Part shown: positions 24,621 through 41,757 of the stretch, one piece after another
Numbering within the stretch: the stretch's first letter is position 1
How the letters are laid out: each line of letters opens with the position of its first letter
DNA from: the human T2T-CHM13v2.0 reference genome, Homo sapiens
DNA: 64,000 nt
Reading direction: 5' to 3' (one strand)
Assembly (NCBI RefSeq): GCF_009914755.1
Contig: NC_060935.1
Program-made: the position numbers and the translations under genes
The notes under the pieces: model-generated
Database searches by the model: none
Seen by the model: the letters and a program-made list of their open reading frames with translations, nothing else
Told to the model about the DNA's origin: nothing

Positions 24621-25989
24621 CTTTAGTGCAATTCTTGGCCTTGATCCCTTGGACTTCTGACTATTGATTGGTATGGGAAATCAGGTTCCTATCTGGATCT
24701 TTGATGATTAGAGGGTTTCATATTCTACTTTTGGCCAAGTCCCTCATGTCTCCATTCATCTCACACTCATCCTTTATTTAGGTTCTGTAATTCAGTACCA
24801 CTAGCTCTTATTTACACCATCATGTATATACTATTTACATCATATCAACCTAATACTTCTCTATTCAAAATTATTGTATTCCTTTTCTCTCTGGCAAAAC
24901 TCAAATTTATCTTTTAAGTGTCAGCTCAAATGTTATTGCCCGTGTCATGGACTCATAAAATGATAGAACTGGAAGAGATCTCAATAATTCTGGTCCAAAT
25001 CTCTTTCTGATGAGAAACATTTAAGGAAGGCAATGTAATTTACCCCAGGTCACATAGGAAGAGAGTGCTTCAACTGGCATACTGACCAGACCTCATAAGG
25101 GATAAGGTTTCCATGAGTACTATAGTTGATTGAGAAATCCTAAAGCAGGGGAAGAAGAGTCAGAGTTTGGGCATTGTCCCCAAGATTCAAATGAAATCAC
25201 ATATTAAGTTCAGATAATCAAATATACAAAATGTGATAGGATAAGGAAAAGCAGCACTGCCCATGGTCAAATCATAGATTATATAATTATAATGCATAAC
25301 ATGGGAAGTCCAGAAGTTCTGGGTTATTTGAATTAATTAATCAGTAAGAATTATTCCTTGAAGATCCAAATTTCAATTCCTATGATATAAATATCTGGTA
25401 CTTACAGAGAAAGGCCTTTCACTTCTTGCAACTTCACATCTGACAGCTAATGCTAATACCTAGGCCTCCTGACTCAAGAACTGCTCTCTTTTCACTATAC
25501 CATACTTGTTCACTAAATGGGAATTTGCTAGAATTTCAGGGAAGAAATTCATTGGCATTGGAAGAGATGGGGTAGGACAGTGAGATAACTTTTACTCCAG
25601 CAGAAACTACAGTGCGAATTTTGCTTTGCTAGGTATGGGGAATAATCTTTCCTGAGTCATCCTTATTCTCTCATATGTTACACTTATGAACATAGTTTTT
25701 TAAAAATCTGCTAACTTCTTTTTTTAGAGTTGAGATATACCATATTAATGCTTACAATATATTGCACATTTCAAGTAACTGCTTTCTACACACTCCACAG
25801 TCATTTTTAACAGAGATGTTTGATTTCTAATGCTGAAGACCTGTTATTTAATTATTCTTTGAAATGGAACTTTGAAAATGTTTTTTGAGGTCAACATTGC
25901 TTTGATGTGCTCTGCAGGTTAGACCACTTGTCTAAATTCCTTATCTGTACACGTAAGTGTCACTAAAGATTTCTACTTGACAGACCATT

Positions 25990-27440
25990 GGTGCTTAACA
26001 TTTAACGCTTCCAAAGTAGAACATCTCCTTCCTCTGAAACATGCTTTTCCTACGCATTTTCTATCTCAGAAAATAGTATCTGCATCCTCTACCCAATAGC
26101 CCAAGCCCAACATAAAGATTTTATCATAGATTAGCCTTCCTTTTTATCTCCATATCTACTTAGATCTTAAGATGTGTTGCTTTCTTATCTTCAGTGTTTC
26201 CTGAATCCATTGCCTCTTTTCTACCCCAGGACCATGGTCTTTATCAAAACCCTCATCATTCTAACTTAAAGTATTATGGTATCCTCTTTTGTGATCTCTT
26301 TGTGTCAAATCTTTACTTCCCACCATTGCTAGGAATGATCCATCTGAAATGATATCAGAATGTGCTACTTCCATTCATAACATCCTATAATGAATACCTT
26401 CCTATCACATGTGGGACAAGAGATGTCAAAGATCTCTACTATTGCCTTCTCTCATTCTTTTCTCATCTCTCATTATATCTCATATCAATTTATTCAATTA
26501 TCTAAAACTATTTGCAATTTCCCAGGTTTCCATCTTTCCTCCCCAACATTGCTTTTGTTTTTCCTTCTGTCTAGAATAACGTTTCCTCTTCCTTACTCAT
26601 ATTAAAGATTCACTTTGTATTTTCCTTGTTCTAATAAATTTCCCTCAGACCATTAAGATTAGGTTTGTGCCCTTGCTTTGCACCCTATAGAACCAGGGAA
26701 TGTACTTATTGCTGTGTTAATAACTGCCCTATAATCAGCCATTTATATGCCTGTTCTTTTGAGGGTTCTGCAGGTCCCCAAGATCACTCTCAGGTTCCAT
26801 GATCTGCTAGAAAGACTCACAGAACTCAGAAAATTCATCATAATATTAGGATTTATTACAATAAAATAATACAGATTATAATTAGCAGCAAGAAAAGCAC
26901 ATGGGGCAGTGTACAGGAGAATTCCAAGCACAAGCTTCTAGTTGTTCTTTACTGGGGTTGCGCAAAGAGCACTGACTTCTCCCTGCATAGAGTATTGCCA
27001 AACAGGAAGCTCAACTGAGCCTTCAGTCCACAGTTTTTATTGTGAATCAGCCATGTAGACACAGATGACCACCCTCATGACTGATCTTAGTCTCCAGCCC
27101 ATTCAGAGATGGAGCTGATACAATGTGGCCCAAGGCCCATTGTCACAAATCACATTGTTAGCATAGGCTATCTGGCATGGCCCAAGGCCTCCAGTTAAAC
27201 AAAGATATGCTTATGATGAAGACTATTTTAGGTTTACTTTCGTGAGCCAGGGACAAAGTCCCACACCATTCTCTGGCAATGTTAATCTCTACTTTACATC
27301 TTCCTACCAAAGTGTGATCCCCGTAAGAGTAAGGACTGTGCCATGTTCATTTCTGAATTCTCATTGTCTACACATGTTCAACCTAGAGTAGGAGCACAAT
27401 GTATGACTTCAGAGTGAATAAACAAGTTGATGAATATGAA
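25990..27440 (+). mobile_element. L2 LINE 3' region split by an LTR
   Basis: L2 motifs run 25990-26759 and resume at 27299 (ctaccaaagtgtgatcccc...aaggactgtg) up to the tgaataaa end. Confidence 0.7.
26760..27298 (-). mobile_element. ERVL solo LTR, MER77/MER68/MER21-like
   Basis: gtccccaagatcactctcaggtt...agactcacagaactcagaaaa...tttattaca. TG..CA ends and TSD tcttt/tcttc. Confidence 0.8.
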
Positions 27441-28123
27441 TAATTAAAGTGTTTTTTAACAACTCTTCAAAAACACCCCAACATTACTACCATCTTCTGA
27501 GACTTTAACTTAACTATATTAAACAGATTCCTTTACTTATATCTCAACAGACATCCGATTTGTGTCTGTTCTATCTCTCAATACAGTGTACTCTGTTAAG
27601 AAGGGAAAACTAATAGTCAAAAGAAAAAACCCAGTCTGCTACCTTCTCCCATACATACCAAATTATATAGACCAGCCCTAAAATGGAAGGTGGGAAGAGT
27701 ACTGTTCCTTCACCAGAGATAAGTAGACAGGTTCCAAAAGAGAAAACATGTCTGCCTCTTCCTTGTGTACGGCCTCTTCAATGAGTTTAGTCAAAAGAAA
27801 GTTGACTATCACATATTATTTCTGTGGCTGTAAGAGGGCTTCTTTGTTTCCAGATATCTACTCCATAGACATCTCACTTTGTCAAATATCTCACCATTAG
27901 GAATCTATTTCTCTGAATATGTTTTTTTCTTTATTGTTTCATTTCTTCTAAAAAAATGCGGGATACATGTGCAGAACGTGCAGGGTTGTTACATAAGTAT
28001 ACACATGCCATGATGGTCTGCTGAACCTATTGACCCATCCTCTAAGTTCCCTCCCCTTGCCCCCCACCCCCCAACAGGCCCTGGTGTGTGTCATTCCTCT
28101 CTGTGTCCATGTGTTCTCATTGT

Positions 28124-31906
<3,783 letters not shown>

Positions 31907-31969
31907 CATGATGCTATTTGGTTATTTTCCACATTAGTTGATGCAATTTCTTCGCAGTGTCATTGGTCT

Positions 31970-32993
31970 TTATATTTTGGTGTGTTTTTGCAGTGGCTAG
32001 TACTGGTTGTTCTTTTCCATATTTAGTCCTTCTTTCAAAAGCTGTTGCAGGGCAGGCCTGGTGGTAACGAAATTCCTCAGCATTTGTTTGTCTGGAAAGG
32101 ATTTTATTTCTCCTTCACTTATGAAGCTTAGTTTGGCTGGATATGAAATTCTAGATTGGAAATTCTTTTCTTTAAGAATGTTGACTATTGGCCCTCAATC
32201 TCTTCTGGCTTGTAGAGTTCTTTCTGAGAGGTCTGCTGTTAGTCTGATCGGCTTCCCTTTGTAAGTGACCTGGCCTTTCTCTCTGGCTGCCCTTAACAGT
32301 TTTTCCTTCATTTTGACCTTGGAGAATCTGATGATTATGTGTCTTGGGTTGATGTTCTCACGGAGTATCTTAATGGTGTTCCCTGCATTTCCTGAATTTG
32401 CACGTTGGCCTGTCTTTCTAGGTTGGGGAAGTTCTCCTGGATAATATCCTGAAGTGTGTTCTCCAGATTGTTTCCATTCTCCCTGTCTCCTTCTGGTACT
32501 CCAATCAATTGTAGGTTCAGTCTTTATATGAAGTCACATATTTCTTGGAGACTTTGTTCATTCCTTTTTATTCTTTTTTCTCTATTCTTGTCTGCATGCC
32601 TTATTTCAGCATAGTGATCTTCAAACTCTGATACCTTTTCTTCTGCTTGGTTGATTTGGCTATTGATACTTGGGTATGATTCATGAAGTTCTCGTGCTGT
32701 GTTTTTCAGCTCCGTCAGGTCATTTATGTTCCTCCCTAAAGTGGTTATAATAGTTAGCAATTCCTCTAACCTTTTATCAAGGCTATTAGTTTCTTTGCAT
32801 TGGGTTATAACATGCTCTTTTAGCTCAGCGTAGTTTTCTATTACCCATCTTCTGAAGCCTACTCTGTCAATCCATCCATCTGATCCTCCGTCCAGTTCTG
32901 CTCCCTTGATGTGGAGACACTGCAATCATGAGGAGGAGAAGAGGCACTCTGGCCTTTTGGGTTTTCTGCATTTTTTTGTTGATTCTTTCTTAT
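31970..32993 (-). pseudogene. Disrupted L1 ORF1
   Basis: Coiled-coil remnant RNINDLTELKNTARELHE...KRNEQSLQEI. Start codon appears mutated to ATA, with frameshifts. Confidence 0.88.
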
Positions 32994-34657
32994 CCTTGTG
33001 AGTTTGTCTAGTTTCAGTCTTTGAGGCTGCTTACCCTCAGATGGGGTTTCTCTGAGGGCTTTTGTGTTGTTGTTGTTGATCCTGTTGTTGTTGCTTTCTG
33101 CTTGTTTGTCTTCCAATGGTCAGGTCCCTCTTACCTAGCTGCTGCAGTTTGCTGGGTGTTCACTTCAGGCTCTATTCATCTGATTCACTCCTGTGCTGGA
33201 GATATCACTCAAAAAGGCTGGAGAACAACAAACATGGGTGCCTGCTCCTTCTTCTGGGACCTCTGACCTAAAGGGAACCAAACTGATACCAGTAGGATCA
33301 CTGCTGTATAGATTATCTGACAACCTCTGTTGGAGGGTCTCACCCAGTTGGGTGGCACGGGGAACAGGACCCATTTAATGAAGCACTTTGTCTCTTGGTG
33401 GAGGGGGTGTGCTTTGTTGGGGGGAAACCCAATCGTCTGGGCTGCCCGGATTCATCAGAACTACCAGGAGGAAAGGCTAAATCTGCTGGTCTGCAGACTG
33501 TGGCCTCCCCTCCCACCAGGGGCTCAGGCCCAGGAAGATCCAGGTACTGTCCCTGAGCTTCTGGCTGGAGTTATTGGCGTTCCTGCAGGGAAAGCGCCAC
33601 CCAGTGAGGAAGGATGGGTCAGGGTCAGGCCTGAAGAGTCACTCTGGCCACAGACTGCCACAGCCAGTGCGTTGGGCTGTGGGAGACAAGTCTTTGGACC
33701 AAGCCATCCAGCCTCTTTGGCTCCAGCTGGGGAAAAGCACAGCCTAGAGCTGTAGAGATATGTGTCACCCTTCCCCAACCCAGGGAGCTTAGCCTGTTAG
33801 GCAGTTGCTAGTCCCAGTGCTGGCTGCTGCCCCTCCCCCAAGGAGCTCAAATCACTTAGACAGCAGGAAGCTGCAGTCCGATACTGGATGCCCCTGCTTC
33901 TGGGATTTCCCTAGGCTTATGCAGATTCTAGCTGAGAGGCTGTAAGAATCTGCGGGTTCTGGTGTTGGGATGCTAGGTTTGCAAGTGGGATCTTTTGATC
34001 TTTGGGTTGTGGAGTTCTGTGGAAAAAGCACAGTTTCCCTGCCTGGTTAGCATGCTCAGTCACTGCCTCTTTTGGCTGGGGAAAGTCCCCTAGGGACTTC
34101 CCTGCCCTGTGTGACTCTCCGGTGGGCCACCGCACCATACTGTTCTTCCTTCTCTCCGTGGGTCATGCCAGCCTTCTAGTCAATTTTGAAGAGAGAACCT
34201 GGATACCTTTGTTGTCAGTGAAGGATTCACGTGCTTATTAGGATCTTTTTCAATGGGAGCCTCCGAAGGCCGCTGCTTTTATTTGGCCATCTTGGCCCCA
34301 CCTCTTTCTGTCTCTTCTTCTCTATAAACGTAAGAATTATCTGTGTTATCAGAATCAACTTCTAGTTCTTAGAAGTGGATTATCCATTTATTCCTTAATA
34401 GTTTACTTGGATAACACTCTGGTTCCAAATTTCCATTTCCAATGATACCTCAATGTCCAATGTCATTCCATATCCCTTTCCGATATGCTTTTTTAAATTG
34501 CCCTTTTTGTTCTTAGATATAATGTTATCCCTTTACTCTCAGTGTTCCATGTAGTCTCTGTTTGATCCTTTAAAAATGCAAATTGGTTCACAACATTACT
34601 ACTCTGTTTATAGCCTACAGTGAGGACCCTATGCCATTTAGAATAAAATGTGTGTTT

Positions 34658-34964
34658 GGCCGGGCGCAGTGGCTCACGCCTGTAATCCCAGCACTTTGAG
34701 AAGCTGAGACGGGCTGATCGTGATGTCAGGAGATCGAGACCATCCTGGCTAACACGGTGAAACCCCATCTCTACTCAAAATACAAAAAATTAGCCAGTTG
34801 TGGTGACACGTGCCTGTAGTCCCAGCTACTCAAGAGGCTGAGGCAGAAGAATCATTTGAACTCGGGAGGCAGAGGTTGCAGTGAGCCAAGATCATGTCAC
34901 TGCACTCCAGCCTGGGTGACAGAGTGACACTCCATCTCAAAAAAAAAAAAAAAAAAAAAAAAAA
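34658..34964 (+). mobile_element. Alu SINE (AluSc8/AluY-like) with A26 tail
   Basis: gagatcgagaccatcctggctaacacggtg. TSD-like aaaa(t)gtgtgtt on both flanks. Confidence 0.95.
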
Positions 34965-35057
34965 GTGTGTTCTTGCTATGGCCTACAATACCATAAATCC
35001 CACATGATCCAGCCTCTGACTGCCTCCCGATCTCACTTACTCATTTTAGTATTTCGG

Positions 35058-35059
35058 TT

Positions 35060-35090
<31 letters not shown>

Positions 35091-35375
35091 GACAGTCTCT
35101 CTCTGCCTCCTAGACTGGAGTGCTGGAGTGCAGTGACACAATCTTGGCTCACTGTGACTCTCCTGCCTCAGCCTCCTGAGTAGCTGGGATTACATGTGTG
35201 TGCCACCACTCATGGTTAATTTTTTTGTATTTTTAGTAGTGACTGGGGGTGGGGGGTGGTGGGGAAGTGGTTTCACCATGTTGGTCAGGCTGGTCTTGAG
35301 CTCTTCACCTTGTGATCCTCTCACCTCGGCCTCCCCAAATGCTGGGATTGCAGGTGTGAGCTACCATGCCCAGCC
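35058..35375 (-). mobile_element. Rearranged AluS
   Basis: (TTTTG)n tail and Alu body with an 8-bp duplication, ~24-bp deletion and G-rich insertion. TSD tatttcg(g/t)tt. Confidence 0.92.
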
Positions 35376-37199
35376 TATTTCGTTTCTTAGTAGCAACTTA
35401 CAACTCTCTAGCATTATCTTATTAATGTCTATATTCTACTTCCCTCTGACTTGGATGAAAGTTGCATAAGGTCAAGACCCTTAAATATCTTGCTCACTGT
35501 TTTAGGCCCAGGGCTTAGAATACTGCCTGGCACGTAGTCGACTGCAATCATTCATATGGAAGCATTAATGGGTTTTACCAGAAGGTGAGAGAGCAGCTCA
35601 CTGAATGACTTCTACTGTAGGAAAAGTGGGGAAAATATATACAACTGATCAGTGCCATGGGAATGCTAAGCATGGAGGTTTGAGTACCTAGGAAGTGTGC
35701 AACACCATCACACTCAAAAGCAGACATATTGCAAAAGAATGTGAGAGGAGAAAACACAGGGAATAACTAATACCACTTCCACCTTTCTAGCCTCTCTCTG
35801 AGTTTAGTGCCTTCTCTATCTACTCTCAGTATCCTTACGCCACCACTCCCATGATGCTTCTGGTATCTAGGAACAGAAGAAAATAACATAAAAAATGTCT
35901 CCTCTCTTATGTGTTAATACCTCATTGACATCCAGAAATATCTAGTTTTTAAAATATCTTCAGTAGCTATTATCCACAAGATAAATTAAGACACCTACAA
36001 ACTTTAATTTATGAACCTAAGCTATGATTGGTGGCTCAACTGTTGTCACTATTCCCAATTACCCCGTGCACTGAAGAGCCCTTTCTATTACTAAATGGTG
36101 TTGATGGCAGTCAGGGAATAGAGTTAAATTTCTCCATCTCAATGAGGTAGAAACACTTGAGAAAATATCAAAGAAAGGCATTTCTCCAACACACCATGGT
36201 TGTAAGGGGAACAGAATAAACTATCAGTGGAAACCTACTTTATGCTGATAACATCCTGTTTTACAAATGAGAAAGCAGGTTTTAGCTAGAATAAAAATTA
36301 AGAGATCATGGTTCTGGTTAAGTAACAAAACTGGTTTTAATTCTGTGTCTGCTTGTCCCCAAAGCCCTCCCTCGTTCAGGTACAGGAGGATGCACACCTC
36401 TAGGGTGAACCCCAATTAAAGAGCATTCGGAGGAATTTTGAGACTGTGTTAATTAATATTGATGTTTAGAAGACCTTTCTTCAGGCTCAGAATATGCATA
36501 CACACCAATACAGCAGTTAGGATGTTTGAAAGCCTCACATTATGCATTTTACTTATTCTTTCCTCGAAGAAGAGCAAAAAGAATCACCTAACCTGATCCA
36601 CTGAGAAGGAAACATGCTTAGTTATTTCCCTTTCTCCATCTTACGAGAAAGGGAGGCAAGAGAGCCTGTGCTTGTGGACAGAGAAACAGCTGTCTTTCTG
36701 CAGGACACGGGCTCTTTAGTTTAGCAAAGGAGACAGGCAAGCAGCCCAGAGCTAATCAAGAGAATCATCTTTCTCCAAGTTGCTAGTGTGAGACCCTCAA
36801 AGGGTTAAGGATGGCAGATTTTTTTTTTTTTTTTTGGTTGCTATGTGCAGCCAGAGAACAAGCAGATTGTTCCCGACAATTCCAGGAGCACCCCCTTAAT
36901 AGGTGAAGGGTGGACTCAACCACAACGCACTCGCTGACGTGCAGTTGATCCCCAGAGACTCGAGGCTGTTTTTGTGTGTGATCAATGTAATATTCCACTG
37001 CTAAATTTAGGAACTCTGCATCCTATGAAAATGGCACCTCACCATGACTAATTAGCAATGAAAACTGTGGATGGTGACAGGTTTAATTATTTAATCTCCA
37101 AGGTTTTGATTAAATTAAAACCTTTTCTGCAGGGCAAAAAAATTTATATGTACACAAGTTAAGATTATAAAGTAATGAGGCTGATACCACAAATCACAG

Positions 37200-37595
37200 G
37201 AGGAAAAGAGTTTCATGACACAGCCCGTCTGTGTGCATATGAGATTAGTTACCTGTGTATTTGTGTGTATAAAAGCCTGGAGATGACTGTGTATATATGT
37301 TATAGAGGATATTGGTGTGAATTTGTGTATAACATGAGAGATGTATATGCATATGCATTTCCAAAAATTTATGGATATACAGGGAATGTGTATACATTCC
37401 TGGGTATGTGTGCATGTATGTGTTATATGTAGGAAAAACTCTGAGGATTCATATGTGTATATCCAACACTAAAGAAATACCCATGTATGTGTGAACAACA
37501 CTGGAACTGCAAGTGTATATACAACACTAGAAATGTGGCTGTTTGTGTGCAGAACTCTATTTTGTGTATTCAATAGGGGATATGTGTGTATGTGT

Positions 37596-37626
<31 letters not shown>

Positions 37627-38310
37627 ACTTTTGGAGAATGACTATGCTGAACTTAGCATAGTCTGGCAATGTGTGATTGCCAAAAATGTGTTACAGAACT
37701 GCAAATGTAGGCAAAGTTGTGTGAGATATATATAAATATATATATGCACACACATATATATACACACGTGTATGAAGCTTCATGCATTTATCAAATATTT
37801 CAGAGACCGTATGTGTCCAAACGTAAGAAAATTGTCAACATATATATTACATTGCCATTCTACAGATGTATATGGGCATTTTTACAACATACAGAAATTC
37901 TATGTGGATGTATGAAAATGGTGTGTGGATATTTTATATGTAATGTGTGTGTTGTATGTATATATATTATGTAAATATTCAATATACAGTGATACAAAAT
38001 ATTTTATGTATACAATGAAAATACATTATATATAATACATTACCACATAGGTGTGAATATATCCCGTGATATACAGGTATATCCATAAAATATTTGTGAG
38101 TAAATATTATATTATAAAATACAGTTGTGAGTCCTACTTGTTAACACTGAAAATATCCATATGAATTTATATTTAATGTTGAAAGTATGTGATATATAAA
38201 ATACTAAAGATAGGTGTGACTATGTTTATCATATTAGAGATATGTGTATAAATATTTACCATACAGGAAGTGGGCACAACACTACAGATATGTTGTGTTT
38301 GCATTCAATA
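37200..38310. repeat. Long decayed TA/TG-rich low-complexity region including (TG)n at 37596-37624
   Basis: Pervasive tgtgtatatatg-type words. Confidence 0.75.
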
Positions 38311-38941
38311 TTTTTTAATTGCATAAAATATGCATAGCAAAGTTTACCATTTTAAGCGTACAGTTCAGTGGCATTAAGTACATTCACATTGTTGTGCAAC
38401 TATCCCTATTATCCATCTCCAGAAATTCTCCTCTTGCAAAACTGAAACACTGTACCAGTTAAATAATAAGTCCTCATTCCTCCCTACCCTCAGCCCATGG
38501 AATTCACAATTCTACTTTATGTCTGTATGATTTTGACTAGTCAGAGTACTTCATATGAGTGCATTCTTTCAGTGTTTGTCCTTTCATTGCTGGCATATTT
38601 CACTTAGTATAATGTCTTTGAGGTTCATGTACGTCGGACCATGTGTCAGAATTTCCTTCCTTTTTAAGGCTGAATAATATTCCACTATGTATATACTACA
38701 CTTTGTTTATGCACATATCTGTAATGTATACTTGGGTTGCTAGTGCATTTTGGCTATTATCTTTTGGTTATTGTGAATATATTGCTATGAACATGGTTGT
38801 ATATATATATCTATTCATCTCCATGCTTTCAATTTTTTGAGTATATATCCATAAATTGAATTGGTGGACCATATGGTAATTCCACTTTTAAATTTTTGAG
38901 GAACTGTCATATTGTTTTTCATAGAAGCTGCACCATTTTGT
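38311..38941 (-). mobile_element. L1MB (L1MB3-like) 3' fragment
   Basis: tacagttcagtggcattaagtacattcacattgttgtgcaac...tgcaaaactgaaac...tttttgaggaactg. Confidence 0.9.
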
Positions 38942-39093
38942 AAGTAATATTTTTATGTATGTGTGTGTTCACTATATAAGACACATCTACAACTAGGCAT
39001 TTATGTTTTCATTTATAGAAATGTAGATATAAATGTGAATAAAAAGCACTGACTATATAAGCCCATATATAACACTGAAGCTAGATTTCTGAA

Positions 39094-39382
39094 TACAGTT
39101 GAGTATTTTCTAATCCAAAATGCTTGCAACAAAAAGTATTACAGATTTCAAAGTTTTTCAGAATTTGGAATATTTGCATATGCATAACGAAATATCTTGG
39201 GGACAAGACCCAAATCTAAATATAAAATGCATTTATGTTTTATATATACCTTATACACATGGCCTGAAGGTAATTTTGTACAGCACATGTAATTATTTCG
39301 TGCATGAAACCAAGTTTTAACTGCAACCCATCGCATGAGGTTAATGTAAATTTTCCACTTGTGGTGTCATATCAGTGCTCAT
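39094..39382. mobile_element. Tigger4/MER46-like TcMar DNA transposon relic
   Basis: ta|cagttgagtat...ggaatatttgcatatgcataacgaaatatcttgggga...tttccacttgtggtgtcat. Confidence 0.8.
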
Positions 39383-39424
39383 TTTGAGGTGTGTGTGTGT
39401 GTAATACTGATGATTTGCATTCAT

Positions 39425-39970
39425 TGTACTTCCCTCACTAACAATCAAATTGTGTCTTAATGACCTGTATAAAAAAACTCCAAATGTAGCACCTTAAAAT
39501 AATAACAATAAATTATTTTGCTCATAAACCTGAAATGCTGCCAGTGCTTGGCAAGGACAGCTCTTCCCTTGGCGAGGACAGCTCAACCAGCATAACCTGG
39601 GGTGGCTTGATTGGAGCTAAACAATTGGGTTTTAGGAGGGCCACTCACAAGGCTGGTCAATTGATGCTGTTACTTGAGGACTCCGCCATGGCTATGGGCC
39701 TCCTTCTGGGTGGGTTGGACTTTCTTACTACATGGTGTCTGTGTTCTAAGTACAAGTATCTCAGTATCTCAAGAGAACCTAGTGGAGAATGTATTGATTT
39801 ATATGACCTAACTCTGAAAGCACATGGTGTCACTTCTGTCCCTCAGATTCAAGAGGATGAAATGTTGACCCTGCCTCTGATGGGAGAAGTGTCTGAGCCA
39901 CATTGTAAAAAGAATATGTGGGATGGGAGACGTTGTTATGGCCATTTTTAAAAAAGGACAATCTGCCACA
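39425..39970 (-). mobile_element. MLT1 (G/H-like) MaLR solo LTR
   Basis: ...gaatatgtgggatgggag...gccatttttaaaaaaggacaatctgccaca terminus. Confidence 0.7.
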
Positions 39971-40007
39971 GTCACAGGTTATTATTTCTAAACAGTTCGA
40001 ACATTTA

Positions 40008-40525
40008 TTTTGTTCATGCAACAAATATTTATTGAATGCCTACTATGTGCCACTACTTGGAGTTCAACAGTAAACACACACATGCACACACACACACACA
40101 CACACACACACCACACAGTCATTGCCCTTGTGGGGCTGATATTCCATTGAATAAAATAAGAGGAAAATAATATCTGCCATGTCAGATGATAAATATTATT
40201 GTGTTAGGGAAAAAAGAAAACCAATGTAATGGGGAAAGGAAACGTTGGGAATTAGAGAAGTGCTATTTTGTATAGCATGGCCTGGGAAATAGTCTCCAAT
40301 AAGGTGACTTTCAAGAAGACACACCCAAAGGAAAGTGAGGGAATGAGCCTTGAGGAAAAAGGCATCAGGAGGTGGTAGTTCTAAACAGAGACATGGCTAA
40401 ACACTTTAAAATCTAAGGATGTTTGCTATGTGTGAGAAACAGCAAGGAGGCCAGTATGCCTAAAGTATGAAGGGGAGAGTTGTAGGAAGTGAAATCAGAG
40501 TGGACACGGGTGCCAGATCATGTTA
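40008..40525 (-). mobile_element. L2a 3' end with embedded (CA)n (40074-40117)
   Basis: caacaaatatttattgaatgcctactatgtgcca...tgcccttgtggggctgatattc...aaggaggccagt. Confidence 0.85.
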
Positions 40526-40928
40526 AAGTAATAAAGTGTATATTTCTTTCTATTGCAACAAAAAATTCCCAAAGGAAACATACCAATAATAATTCTTTTT
40601 AGCTGCATTGTCTTTATGTTGATCACATTCCTTCCACAAATACTGAATACCAAAGAATAAGCCTTCATGTGATCAGTTAGGGGCATCAGCTGTTGTCTGA
40701 ATCAGTGGAAAGTTGGCCAACTGATTGAAATTGCTTCTAACCTTGGAGATGAAAATTCAGGTCTCAGAAAGCCACGAGACATCCCTTCTTTCTGAATCTG
40801 TTCTCTCCGCCTGCTTCATGCCACATCTGTGCACATAAAACACCAACATATTCACTGACCTGGAAGGCAGAGGTAATAATGGTGTTGGCATTTAGATGTT
40901 CAGGTTTGTAATCATGAAGGGAACTCAC

Positions 40929-40968
40929 CGAAAATACTGAAGGTTGGTTTGAGTGCCCTTCTGTGCAT
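40929..40968 (-). CDS. Candidate coding exon 1 (exon 40929-40987, ATG 40968)
   Basis: Acceptor attttcctagttttatcag, donor TCG|gtgagt. Reads MHRRALKPTFSIF. All three frames are open, so it adds little frame evidence. Confidence 0.2.
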
Positions 40969-41129
40969 TTCCCTCCTCTCCAACTCCCTGATAAAACTAG
41001 GAAAATCCTTCACCTTGACATCATTAACATCAGAAGTAATAAATGGAGAACAGCTGCAACCAAACCGGCCAAATACTTGGCACAATTTAAGTTACTTAAG
41101 AAGTTGCTTCAATGGGAAGTTTTTTCAAA

Positions 41130-41315
41130 CCTCACTGAAGATTAGCAGCATCTTGGGATCTTTGCCCACCTCAAAGCTCTGGAGTTGGGCCCAACTCCAT
41201 AGCGTTTTTTTTTTCTTTTTTTTCTCTCTCTCTCTTTTTCTTTTTTTTCTTTTTTTTTTTTCTTTTTGCTTCCCCAGGTGATTCTAACACGCAGCCATAG
41301 TTGAAAACCACTATT
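41130..41315. mobile_element. MER5A-like hAT relic with internal T/CT-rich expansion (41205-41267)
   Basis: tgggcccaactcca...ccccaggtgattctaacacgcagccatagttgaaaaccact. Confidence 0.7.
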
Positions 41316-41757
41316 GCTATAAAGCTTTGCCTTACTAGATGGCACAGGATGACTCAGATTTTATTATGCCTTACACACCATCATCCAACAGAAATTAAAA
41401 TACCTGAAGACTGGAAACTATTAAAGTTCTAATTTCCAAATGGTTTATCTGAAGGACCATTCTAGGTATGTGCTGCGTTTATAAATATCACTGGAAATGT
41501 TTACAACAGTTCTTGTCCTATCCATCACCCTACTCTTTCCTTCCCAATTGCATTCCTCATATTATTCAAGAGAGCAAGCAATATCACTTCTTTATTTTAA
41601 TAATTCCTTCTGAATAAGGCTTGTCCCTTGCAAAAGTCCCTAAGGCTATGTTTTCATATGTTGGAATAATGAAACACACATATTGATAAATTTTTAAATG
41701 TGTCTTCTGTGTCACTTTGCTTTTTACTTTTTCTTTCCCAACTTTTCTATTGGCATG

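Noticed and set aside
33330-33755. 141-aa antisense ORF in the L1 5'UTR, as a possible ORF0
   Set aside because: TTG start in GC-richer UTR sequence, and no resemblance to ORF0 that I can recognise.
39535-39951. 138-aa ORF (and the 142-aa ORF at 20771-21199)
   Set aside because: They lie largely within an MLT1 LTR and an L2 relic, so they are chance open frames.
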